Below are positions 27,801-37,379 of a stretch of DNA of 64,000 nucleotides, in pieces; positions within the stretch are counted from its first letter, which is position 1, and every line of letters begins with the position of its first letter. The translations under genes and the position numbers were made by a program. The notes below the pieces were generated by a model. It was not told the DNA's origin. It saw nothing but the letters and a program-made list of their open reading frames with translations, and did no database searches. Source of the DNA: Podarcis erhardii (taxonomy: Eukaryota); the NCBI GenBank assembly GCA_964252035.1, contig OZ176200.1. One strand, given 5' to 3'.

Positions 27801-29013
27801 TAGAAAGAAACAAAATAGCTATTTTGCACAAGCCTCAGTGTTATTTCACACACTGGGAGAAATTCAGTGTTACGCTTTCCTTTCCTGACTGTTCCATCAG
27901 TGGAAGCATTTCTACATTTATCTACTATATATTTTGGAAAGTTCCTTGCATTTGGACACCTCTTAAGATATCATAACCAAATTTTGCATAACCATTTCTG
28001 ATATCAAGGAGCAGGGTTTCTCTATGTTTGGATATAACTGATGCCACTTTGAATCAGAATGGGAGACTGAATCTTTCAAAACTGCACTGATTTTAATTAC
28101 TGATTTCAAAATTGTACTGATTTGGGGGGGCTTCTTAGAATTCCCAAGCAACCCTGGGTACAAAGCTGCTATTTTTAGGTATGTAGGCAACTCTCAACTA
28201 ACTCTGGGGTTATGTTCCGGGAATAGCGCCTAAAATCAAAATCATATATAGTCAAACACACTGGCAGTTCCACCCGCCATTGAACCCAGTGTTTTTAATC
28301 TCAGATGCCCGCCCCCTTTCCATTTTTTTTAATTGGTAAATGAGTGAAGCTGAATGCACACTAGTTAAAAGCATGTAATTTGTGAGTTACCTGTATACCC
28401 AAATATGTAAGCAGCTCTTGCCAAGGGACAATTTAAACATTTGTCAAAGCACTAAATGCTTTAAAGTACAACCCAAAGGAGCGCAATGGTAAACAGGCAG
28501 AAGAACGCAGTTCCACCACATGTGTCCACTGAGTATTCCGGCATATTTAGAAACGTAAATTCCAGCACATCACATTTTACTGTGTTATCATTCCAAAGCC
28601 CTTCAGAATACAAAATAAAACACTTGCAACTTTAGGGTTAGGCCTCTGTGGTGAAAAGTTCAGCTGCACCAGAAACTTTACCAGATGCACATCGGATGGT
28701 TTTAGGTGTATGCTTCCCATTTCTCAATACTCCCCCCTCCCCCCTAAAGAAAGAACCACCACCCACTTAAGATACCAACAAGTCAGTCCCCACTAGGCTT
28801 CAGCAGAGATACTCACCTATACTGCCAGCTTTTGGTAGTGCTTCCTCCTCTGCTACTGCTGATCCCACCACTGCTGATGCCACTACTACTGCTGCTCTTG
28901 CTTGTGCAGTTCTGGGCTGGGATCAAAATCTCCAGCTTGCCTTCACTTTCAGACACTTTCATCGCTGTCGGTGGCGCTGCCGGAGCCGTAGACACAGGCT
29001 CCGCACTTTGCAT
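304..29013 (-). CDS. OSBPL11: Oxysterol-binding protein-related protein 11, 5' part (PH domain and linker; gene continues off the left edge). Coding exons 29013-28817, 9971-9903, 5926-5751, 4352-4273, 3010-2831, 505-304
   Basis: The spliced translation [127 protein letters not shown] closely matches the recalled human OSBPL11 N-terminus. All introns are GT-AG with consistent phases (197, 69, 176, 80, 180, 202 nt). The Kozak context is ccaccATGc. Confidence 0.96.
2831..3010 (-). CDS. OSBPL11: OSBPL11 coding exon 5 ([10 protein letters not shown]...HLIDVRE)
   Basis: cag|AAC AAT ... GAG|gttagt; 180 nt, phase 0-0. Confidence 0.95.
3297..3714. mobile_element. Tc1/mariner MITE with CCGTATTT termini (Tc2/pogo-like); family D
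   Basis: TA|CCGTATTTTTCGCTC ... GAGCGAAAAATACGG|TA. Confidence 0.88.
4273..4352 (-). CDS. OSBPL11: OSBPL11 coding exon 4 ([26 protein letters not shown])
   Basis: Poly-T tract then cag|CT ACT ... GGA AAG|gtactg; 80 nt. Confidence 0.96.
5751..5926 (-). CDS. OSBPL11: OSBPL11 coding exon 3 ([14 protein letters not shown]...SGEQYKLR)
   Basis: cag|G TAT TTT ... CGA G|gtaaga; 176 nt; PH-domain core. Confidence 0.96.
6690..8160 (+). mobile_element. Decayed L2 LINE ORF2 (RT region) relic in an OSBPL11 intron
   Basis: Residual L2 motifs [12 protein letters not shown] (~7682), [15 protein letters not shown] (~7794), [14 protein letters not shown] (~7933) and [14 protein letters not shown] (~8051), with stops and frameshifts; boundaries approximate. 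Confidence 0.72.
7373..7672. repeat. Perfect tandem array, 99-bp unit x3
   Basis: Unit starts at 7373, 7472 and 7571; I found no mismatch between copies; 3-bp TGC microhomology at the array ends. Confidence 0.95.
9903..9971 (-). CDS. OSBPL11: OSBPL11 coding exon 2 ([22 protein letters not shown]; start of PH domain)
   Basis: cag|T GAC CAC ATG ... TAC CG|gtaagt; 69 nt; absent from the ORF track and found by reading the minus strand. Confidence 0.95.
10726..11079 (-). mobile_element. Sauria SINE (slightly 5'-truncated) in OSBPL11 intron 1
   Basis: Reverse complement of the 59442 copy; (TAAAGG)n tail on the plus strand. Confidence 0.9.
11213..11301. repeat. Perfect 43-bp tandem duplication
   Basis: TCATATCTTAGCTTAATAAAGTAAGTTCACTAGGTGCAAATAG at 11213 and 11256, followed by TCA. 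Confidence 0.92.
13290..13450 (+). mobile_element. Short L2 LINE 3' relic
   Basis: Resembles the L2 LDYCN..L..GLP..KLQL region (ttggactattgaaatgc..ggaaactgcagcta); boundaries approximate. Confidence 0.5.
13931..13965. repeat. (CTGT)n microsatellite
   Basis: Read directly. Confidence 0.95.
17257..17494 (+). mobile_element. CORE-type (MIR-like) SINE with (TAAC)n tail
   Basis: tRNA-like head with GGTTCAAATCC, CORE segment GTGACCTTAGGC..GGTTGTTGTGAGG, simple-repeat tail. Confidence 0.75.
18812..18848. repeat. (GA)n microsatellite
   Basis: Read directly. Confidence 0.95.
20455..20960 (+). mobile_element. CR1 LINE 3' relic
   Basis: CR1-like 3' RT and terminal sequence (ttttagtttagggaagaaag; ggcttagacggattcatggagga); boundaries approximate. 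Confidence 0.62.
21888..22031 (+). mobile_element. tRNA-derived SINE with CR1-type 3' tail
   Basis: A box TAGCTCAGTTGG, degenerate B box, then GGACTAGATGACC...ATTCTATGATTCT CR1 tail. Confidence 0.78.
25186..25454. mobile_element. Tc1/mariner MITE with CCGTATTGGCC termini; family E
   Basis: TA|CCGTATTGGCC..ATATAAG ... CTTATAT..GGCCAATACGG|TA. Confidence 0.85.
28817..29013 (-). CDS. OSBPL11: OSBPL11 first coding exon (65 codons + 2 nt)
   Basis: ATG at 29013 in ccaccATGc context; the exon ends TGG CAG TAT AG|gtgagt. Confidence 0.95.
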
Positions 29014-29329
29014 GGTGGAGCCTGTTGGGCCCCTGCCCACCCAAGGGTGGGAGAGTGCAACAAGCCAAGTCAACAAGGGCTTGAGGAAAACTTTTGTTAT
29101 CAAGGCTGTCAAGTATCCTTAGAAAAAAACGAGGGGTCACTCTGGAGTAGAACTTTTGTGAATGGGGCCAAATGTGGGCCAGAGATGGAGCACGTCTGTG
29201 GAAATAAGCTCGAATGACAGCTTTGAAGGGGGGAAAGGGAGAATATGGAGGGGGAAAGAGCCAGGTCTGGGGAAAAGGCCAGGGATCCAACAGAAGAGTT
29301 TCCTGAACACCCAGAGAATGAATCGGGAG

Positions 29330-29850
29330 CAGGGCAGCCAGCTGCGTTGGCAACGTCCAGGCACCCGCTCCCAAGGCGTGTTTAAACCGGGGGAGCAGCT
29401 CCGCGCACCTCAGTATCCCATGGGAGGGCAGAAGTGGGGTGGTGGGGAGGCAGCGGGAAATTCCTCAATTGTTCAGAGAGGCGGGATGCTGGCGCCGAAA
29501 GGAGGGCGGCCGCCTGGGGTTTGTACCTCCTTCCCCCAGAGGCTGCCTGCCTGCCTGCCTGCCTGGGGCTGGTCTCTCACCATGAACCGCAAACGCCCCT
29601 CCTGCAGCCCCCTCCCTCACTCGGCCAGGCTCCGTCTTCCAGGGTTGGCGGCGGCGGCTCGCAGCCCACACGAACCGAGGGCAGCAGCAGCAGCAGCAGC
29701 AGCAGTGGCGGAGCCGCTCCCACCCCTTCCGGGTCAGGCTTAGCCGCTCCCCGCCGCCTTCGTCCCTGTTTCTCCGCCCCGTGAAGGCCGAGGGCGGGCG
29801 TGAGCGCTGGCGGCGCCATCTTTGTTAAGGGAAACGGGGGAGGGATGCCC
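29330..29850 (-). promoter_or_regulatory. CpG-rich OSBPL11 promoter/leader with a YY1 motif (29813-29822), an ETS motif CCGGAAG (29726-29732) and GC boxes (29774-29780, 29792-29798)
   Basis: Abrupt GC/CpG enrichment 0.3-0.8 kb upstream of the ATG; motifs read directly from the sequence. The TSS position is inferred. Confidence 0.75.
29681..29704. repeat. (GCA)8, i.e. (CTG)8 on the OSBPL11 strand
   Basis: Read directly. Confidence 0.95.
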
Positions 29851-30364
29851 TGACAGGAAGGAGGAGCTGGCAGTAATAATAACAATAATTAATAAATAAT
29901 AACGAACAATGATAATAATACCTGCCTAAAACACCAGAAGGCAAACATAAAGGGCCTTTAAATCAAACACTGTTTGCTTGTTTGTTTGTTTGTTTGTTTG
30001 TTGTCCTCTTATTTCTGTGGAAGAAACCGAACTTGGAGCAAGGGTGTGACTCAGCTGCACGCCAGCGCGCCCTCTGAGTCCACTTCTGGGTGTGTGGAGA
30101 TCTATCTATTTTCACACAGCCTCTTATATTTTAGTTCTCGTCTGCTCCGTATTGTTCACGACGTTCTTTGCAGCCCCAGCAGCTCCAGTCTGCTGCAGCA
30201 AAATAAAAACAAAGGGCTTGTGACCACTTTTTAGCCCGAACCAGACTAAACCCGTTGAAATTAATGGGCATGGCTAACTTAAGTCCATTCGTTTAAATAG
30301 CGTGCTCTAACTTAGCTGGCTGCAACCCAATGGATTTTGTGGCATCTAAAAAGGCTAGCCAATT

Positions 30365-31720
30365 AGAGGGCTTCGATAATAGATTCGGGTGGCACGCGTA
30401 TTTATGGAAGAACAAAAGGAAAGTACACAAGGGGTTTGCAAATCACATTTTTAGAGGGCCGCTAATCGAAGTTTGGGAAAGATATCAAAATCTGTTAGAG
30501 CCGAAAACACCACATTGGCTTTCACCTCTCGAAGTAATGAGTATAAAAACCACTAATATGAGAAGCAATTGGGCAACTTATGATCAGCTACTAACTAAGG
30601 TTGAAGGGAAATGGAAGCTAAAACCGTATGAGCAAACAAAGGAACATGTTTACGATTGGCTACATCACCATCAGGTGAATCAGATGTTTAGTAAAGATAT
30701 CAAAGAAAGAGGTTATGCAGATAAAGACTCAAAATTCCAGACAGAAATAATAAATAATAAAGTGAAAATTATATCTAAGATATATAGGATGCTGTTGGAC
30801 TGGAATTTAGGCGACGAGGAAGTCAAATCGGTGATGATCCATTGGTCAAGGGATATAGGTCATAGTATACAGTTTGAGGATTGGGAGAAACTTTGGAAGG
30901 AGGGGGTAAACTTTACGGCGTGTACTTCGATAAGGGAAAACGTTATGAAGATGTTTTATAGGTGGTACTTGACACCCATGAAATTATCAAAAATGTATAA
31001 GGTGGATAATAAGTGCTGGAGATGTAAAGACATAGAGGGCTCCTTCTACCATATGTGGTGGGAGTGCAGAAGGGTGAAACAATTTTGGGAGAAAGTACAC
31101 ACTGAATTGAAGAAGATATTAAAGTACACGTTCATAAAGAAACCAGAAATCTTTCTTCTAGGGATATTAGGACAAGAGATAAAAAAGGAAGATCGCAGAT
31201 TGGTATACTATGCGGTTACGGCAGCAAGGGTAGTATTAGCCCAGAAGTGGAAACTACGGGAAACCCCAACGGTGGAGGAGTGGAGATCTAAGTTGTCGGA
31301 TTACGCAGAGTTGGATAGATTAACAGGAAAAGTTAGATACATAAGAGACCAAGTGTTCACCAAAGATTGGGAAAAGTATGTAGATTATCTGGAATGTATT
31401 AGTGAAGGGCAAATAACGCTAAAGGGATTTAGAGACGCACTGTGAAAGACTAAGAGTTATTGTGCAAAGCAAACAGGAATTAGGAATCGGTATAATGACA
31501 ATATAAGTAATGAAACGTGTAATTTTATTTATTGCTTCGAATGATTTACGGACAGGCTGAAGGAAGTCCCGTAAGAGACGACTATGTTATATGGATGATA
31601 TGGAAATGATAATTGCTGTTTATTATTTTTAATTTTTCTTTTCTGTGTATTTTCTTTGTATTTGTGTGTTACCTTGTGTGTTTTTTTGGAAATAACTAAT
31701 AAAAAAGAATAAGAGGGGGG
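30365..31720 (+). mobile_element. 5'-truncated L1-clade LINE: 3' end of ORF2 (Cys/His knuckle), 3'UTR and A-rich tail
   Basis: Stop-free frame to TGA at 31443-31445 containing CWRC-X8-H-X4-C (CWRCKDIEGSFYHMWWEC); AATAAA and A-rich end; perfect 17-bp TSD AAAAAGGCTAGCCAATT at 30348-30364 and 31721-31737; T/AAAAA-type target site. Confidence 0.9.
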
Positions 31721-31950
31721 AAAAAGGCTAGCCAATTGTGACATATAAGACTTTTTGGACCAGAACATGCTTGATTGAAGCTAAACTTATATTTTAAAAA
31801 GCCAAATTATTCTGTTCTTTTCAGCTAAAGATAAAGCCAATTTAAATATGAAAGACAAGCGTAGAAGAGCCTATTGATATTTTCTGGGCCCATAGAGTTG
31901 GTGGAAGTTGTCTAAGCCATCTGGAAGGTACCACCAGTGTCTACACTCTT

Positions 31951-32408
31951 GTTGTTTAGTCGTTTAGTCGTGTCTGACTCTTAGTGACCCCATGGACCAG
32001 AGCACGCCAGGCACTCCTGTCTTCCACTGTCTCCCGCAGTTTGGTCAAACACATGTTGGTAGCTTCGAGAACACTGTCCAACCATCTCGTCCTCTGACGT
32101 CCCCTTCTCCTTGTGCCCTCAATATTTCCCAACATCAGGGTCTTTTCCAGAGAGTCGAGTCTTCTCATGTGGTGGCCAAAGTATTGAAGCCTCAGCTTCA
32201 GGATCTGTCCTTCCAGTGAGCACTCAGGGCTGATTTCTTTAAGAATGGATAGGTTTGATCTTCTTGCAGTCCATGGGACTCTCAAGAGTCTTCTCCAGCA
32301 CCATAATTCAAAAGCATCAATTATTTGATGATCATCCTTCTTTACGGTCCAGCTCTCACTTCCATACATCACTACTGGAAAAACCAAAACTTTAACTATA
32401 CGGACCTT
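31951..32408 (-). mobile_element. 5'-truncated BovB (RTE) LINE 3' end
   Basis: ORF VFPVVMYGSESWT..DAFELWCWRRLLRVPWTARRSN..RALVHGVTKSQTRLND is the classic BovB C-terminus; short (CAA)-type tail; perfect 13-bp TSD TGTCTACACTCTT at 31938-31950 and 32409-32421. Confidence 0.92.
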
Positions 32409-32759
32409 TGTCTACACTCTTATATTGCCCTAAAAGTTCAGCCATTCCTATATGCTACTCAGTAAGACAAAGCCATGGATCTTGCTGCCTTGGGATGCTA
32501 CCTATGCTGCAAAAACACAGTGGACAGTCACAGATGGATAAGTATTCATCATTCATCCCTGTGTCACACTGCATGGCTTTTCATTACGCACAATGCCTGC
32601 TATACTTGATGAAATAGGTTGTTCCCTATGAGATCTAAACCAACTGAGACTGCTATACTAAACATACTCCCTAGAGAGTAAGCCTGTTTATAGACAATGG
32701 AGCTTACTTCCTAGTAAAATGCACACAGTTGTGCTGTTAGTCTCTGTGATGTCCTAGTA

Positions 32760-32903
32760 TAGGAGTGGGGAACCTATAGGCATTCAGGCATTATTGCATT
32801 TCAGTTTCCTATCAGCCCCAGTCCGGGTTGTCAATAATAAGGGATTCTGGGAGCTGAATGCATCTGTATCCAACACCTGGAAGGTCACAGGTTCCCTACC
32901 CTG
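32760..32903. mobile_element. Degenerate hAT MITE (MER20-like termini)
   Basis: AGGAGTGGGGAACCT ... AGGTTCCCTACCCTG termini; TSD only partly matching. Confidence 0.6.
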
Positions 32904-33107
32904 CATCTAGTGATTTTCCTCCTATAAAAATATGCATACTTTTGGCTTGCAATACACTAGAAATAAAGGCTCTTTCACAAGGCAGCAAGAGAAGAGTCCT
33001 GGCTGGATACCGACAGTTTCCATTGTGAGCATGACAGCTGCTTTCCATATGATGGTTGTTAACATTCTTTGCCTTTCAGGTTTCAAATATTATATATGTG
33101 CAATATA

Positions 33108-33248
33108 NNNNNNNNNNNNNNNNNNNNNNNNNNNNNNNNNNNNNNNNNNNNNNNNNNNNNNNNNNNNNNNNNNNNNNNNNNNNNNNNNNNNNNNNNNNNN
33201 NNNNNNNNNNNNNNNNNNNNNNNNNNNNNNNNNNNNNNNNNNNNNNNN
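33108..33248. other. Assembly gap (141 N)
   Basis: Run of N. Confidence 0.99.
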
Positions 33249-34924
33249 CTAACAGATTCTAATAGACAAGGCATTAGAAAACTTTGAACTTTTAATATAA
33301 AAAGTGAAATAACTATCTGTAATTATATGTTCACGTAAGGGCTTCTTGATTACAAAAATTAAGTTATTTCTTTGCATATGCATAGTATGTGTCTTCCCTA
33401 ACAGGCTACTTTCAAATCTTCCAGCAATAGGTGCGGTCTGTTCTTTAATAGTTCCCCAGCATTAATATTTAGGCAAACACAATAACATAAAATGAATCAA
33501 GTCTTACACCTGAAACACACTAAAACCAAAAGAGAATTGTAGATTGATTTTACAGTATTTAGCTGCTGTTTCCCTCTAGTGACCAAACTAAATACTACAT
33601 GTGAAAGAAGAGAAGCCAGTACAATGTCAAACACCTGTTTTTTAATGGTGATGATGAAACGTCTTTCTTATCTTAAGTTTTACCAAATTATGATACACAA
33701 AATTCACATAATTCTCACGTTAAGAGATAGGTGAACCACCACACCTCTACCATATGATGTGACAGGTTACATGTTTCAAGCGGAGGATGTGGCTGGGTTA
33801 CAAAGTATTGATTTACATGACACTTGATACTAGTTGGTTAACATACGTAGTTTATGCCCTGAAATGCTGCAGCCAAAGGGATTGTTCAGCTGTTGGGAAG
33901 GGTTTTCATTAGTGCTCCTGCCTTCTATTCACATAGGAAACATAAAAAGAGGGTTACCTCTTTCCAGCACAGCTGGGCACTCGAACTTTGGCAGAGAATT
34001 ATGTTTTTAATATCTTCTACCACACACAAGATGAATAAGGTCAGGCCATCTTGGATGACATGTGATGCCAGTCTTATAATAGGTTCAGTCAACTTTGCCC
34101 TATCATCTTTCAGGGAGTGCATTCAGTTGCATGCACCCCCTCCCCTTATTATTCATTCACAACACTTTATAATCCAGGGAAACATAAAAATACATTGAAA
34201 ATACTGACCTTAACTGAATGGTTAGTGGCCACAAATATTCAGCTCCCTCCATGGCTCCTGGTGTTCTACAGTACATAGTAATATCTACTAGATGGATTCT
34301 GATTTTCTTGATCACTGGAAAACCAAGCGCATATGCTGGTCCTGATTATGTACAGGTCATACTTGCAATCTTTCTCTTTAAAATGTATGTTAGTAATTTG
34401 TATCAGGTAGTCAATTCAGGTTTATTCCGAATGGGTTCGCTGAAGCTTTAAACAAACAGCAGACAGCTGGGTGCCTCAAACAAACCACATGTAGCTTTGA
34501 AAGTGTAGGTAGCAAACTTAACACACCCACAAAAGTCAACAGCTCACATGCCTAATGTGAACAAAAGCAACCTGTTTGTGCTTCAAAGAGCCTAAAATAT
34601 GTTCCCCTGACAACCATCAAGCTATCTGAGGGGTGAAATCACATATTTATTAATGCAGCTCAAGCATGCATGACTTTTGCCTCAAAGGAATAGGGGAAGG
34701 GAATGGCCCAGTTTCGGCTAGAGGCATGCTGTCAGAAGGAGCAGAATAAATGACTCATTATACTGGGGTTGGGGTGCTAACTATCTGTTCAGAACAAAGC
34801 CAATTTAAAGTACCCAAGAAACACAGAAAGTTGCCCTAAGTAAAACCATCAGTCTGCTTATTTCAGTCTTGTCCATGCTGGCTGGCTCTCCAGAGTGCCA
34901 CACAGCAGTCTCTCTCAGGGCACC

Positions 34925-35003
34925 TACCTGGGGGCACCAAAGACTGAATCTGGGACCCTTTGTATACAAAACATGTGCTCAATCACTGAGCTTCAGCCCT
35001 TCC
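34925..35003 (-). mobile_element. Degenerate tRNA-derived SINE head
   Basis: The reverse complement reads GGGCTGAAGCTCAGTGATTGAGCAC..GGTCCCAGATTCAGTC (decayed A/B boxes). Confidence 0.5.
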
Positions 35004-35580
35004 CCAAACTCTGACCCATATATCATCATTTCTCTTCTGTTCTTTGTTGCTGACCAGACTGCATCCCTGTTCTCCCTTTCCTACAACTTCCCTCAATCCT
35101 GCTTCCCTGGTTTCTACCGCTAAAAGAGTTTGAAGGATTTGCATTATTAACCTTATCGTGCTGTCTCAGCCTTTGGATTAGTGGATCTCTGGGTATTTAT
35201 CAGAAATACTTGAGATTGAGGGAAAACTTGGAGATGAAATGGGATCAGTTCCACTGAACTTAAATCTGTGCAATCAGTTCACGGCCCCAGTGACTCACTT
35301 CAGACCTTTATGAGGCTGGCCTTCATGTGGTGACAAGGAAGCTATGCGCTTCTGGCATGGCCATGTTCAATGTAGCATTTGCTGCTGTAAAAGAACAGTA
35401 AGGAGGGAGGTCATATTCCCATCTGATGCTAAGATAAAAGCTGCAACATCACACCTTTAGTCCTGCTTTTCGACATATTTAGAAAGTACTTCTATATCCA
35501 TTGTGTTGCTTGAGGTCACCTTTATACTTTAAGTAGGGTTAGCTTAGCAAGCATGTATTTACAACCAGAGAGGCTACAAG

Positions 35581-35615
<35 letters not shown>

Positions 35616-35616
35616 A
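35581..35616. repeat. (AGAA)n microsatellite
   Basis: Read directly. Confidence 0.95.
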
Positions 35617-36402
35617 TCTTGTTTCACCAACCACATCATTTTCTTCAGCTTTGATACTTCAATTCCCTCTTGGTCTATTTGTATCTTAACACAATTATAT
35701 TAATAGCTGCATCAAATGTGCTGAGTTAATTTTGCTTTCTCAGTCATGGGACTTTACTTCCTAAAAGCTACATTACCATTACTTCTACTGGGTTTTTTTG
35801 TGCTTCAGTTCCTATGGCAACATGGCAATCTCTGCATCTGCACATGCCACCCACTCTCGCTTAAATTGTGTTTCCCTTGGCTTAATTGTGGTCCTGATAC
35901 TCAGTTTTATGGATTAGCTCATGACTGCGGGGGAAGAGCAATCTTTGCCTGGCAAAAAGGGCAAAGCTGTGTTTCCCTGGAGCTAGGGATCTGTGAAGCA
36001 GGACTGGTAGTTCTGGATCAGGGCTGGGCTGGGGTCTAGATCTGATAAAACAACATACATTGCCCACCTACCCACACCAAACTAGGATTCTTTATGCCAC
36101 ATGGAACACTATTGGCATTGTAAATCCTAGCCTGGCTTCAGTTAATATATGGCTTGTGTGTGCACCATATATTTAAAGCACATGTTCAATGGTGCTTGCT
36201 CATAGGTGAATGGGATCAGTTTTCTGCTTCTCCAGTGTGACCTATTATTTCTGTTTTGTAATAATAGACCCTGAAATAACAGACCCAGAGATTACTTTAT
36301 GGCATCTATACTCCAGCCTTAGTCAAGAAGGCTCTCAGAGCAGGTACAGGCATTGTGCACTCTGTATATCATCACCACATCCACTCATTCTTAATTAATC
36401 AA

Positions 36403-36549
36403 CAGTGGCGTAGCATGGGTTGTCAGCACCCAGGGCAAGGCAAGTAATTTGCACCCCCTAACCCGTGGATTTGCGCCCCCTAACCCTAACCCCCAGATGT
36501 TGTGCCCAGTGTGGCCGGCCCCCCCTGCACCCCCCACGCTACGCCACTG
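36403..36549. mobile_element. hAT MITE
   Basis: TIRs CAGTGGCGTAGC / GCTACGCCACTG; perfect 8-bp TSD TTAATCAA. Confidence 0.9.
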
Positions 36550-37379
36550 TTAATCAATGAATCAAAGTTCAGTAGCCATAAAACAGATGTTTGTTTTGTG
36601 GTCCAGATAGTGATTAGGGAATATGCTAATACTGAAGATATTGGTCTTAAAATTTATATTTCCTTCAATCATAAAATGTGACAGTTTTCTCAGAATGTTT
36701 AAGTTGAATTCAAATTAAAACACCTATTAATTCATATTTAATACATGTGGGTCCTTCCAGACATTGTTTGCTCAGAAATGGTACAAGAACACAGCCCAAA
36801 GAAGAAAAATGTTCTGCATTAGCTGGTGCCTATTAGGAGTGGTAAAGCAGAAACAGCACTGGATTTAGGCTAGTGTGAGCGGTCCCCCCCCCCACAGGCC
36901 CTGAGCCGAGGGGGTGCAAAATTGAGAAGACCCATGTGGGGATGCCAAATTTTGGTCTTGCACAGAGCGCCATATTATAAAAGATTAGCAAAGCCTGCCC
37001 CTGGGCTGAAAGGAGCCAACACACTCTAGTTTTGTCCTTTTCCCTGTTGAGTGCCATGAAGGCAACACTGAGGAAGAAGAGGGAGCTATTAGCCCGTGCC
37101 AGAACCTGGACTGGTTATAAGAAAGAAGACAGGTAGGTGGGGAGGGGGTCTGGCAGAAGCTGTGGAAGCTGCTCCATTAGGGCAAATGGGGCACTGCCCC
37201 ACCAAGCTCAGCCTGCCCCACAGCAGCTGCCAGCCTTTTTTCTTCCAGTCAATCAGTCCAGGGGGTGACACTGGCAATCAGCTTCCTTAGTCTCCTTACT
37301 CTTAGTGTTATCCTTGTTGAGCTCACCAGGGAGGAGGATAGGTTGGCTTCTGCCTGACCTTGGCTCTGGCCCCCCCCCC

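Noticed and set aside
28832-29122. Plus-strand 96-aa Leu-rich ORF resembling a signal peptide
   Set aside because: It is the antisense mirror of the Ser/Gly repeat in the OSBPL11 exon.
32932-33287. ORFs spanning the N run
   Set aside because: Artefacts of translating the assembly gap.
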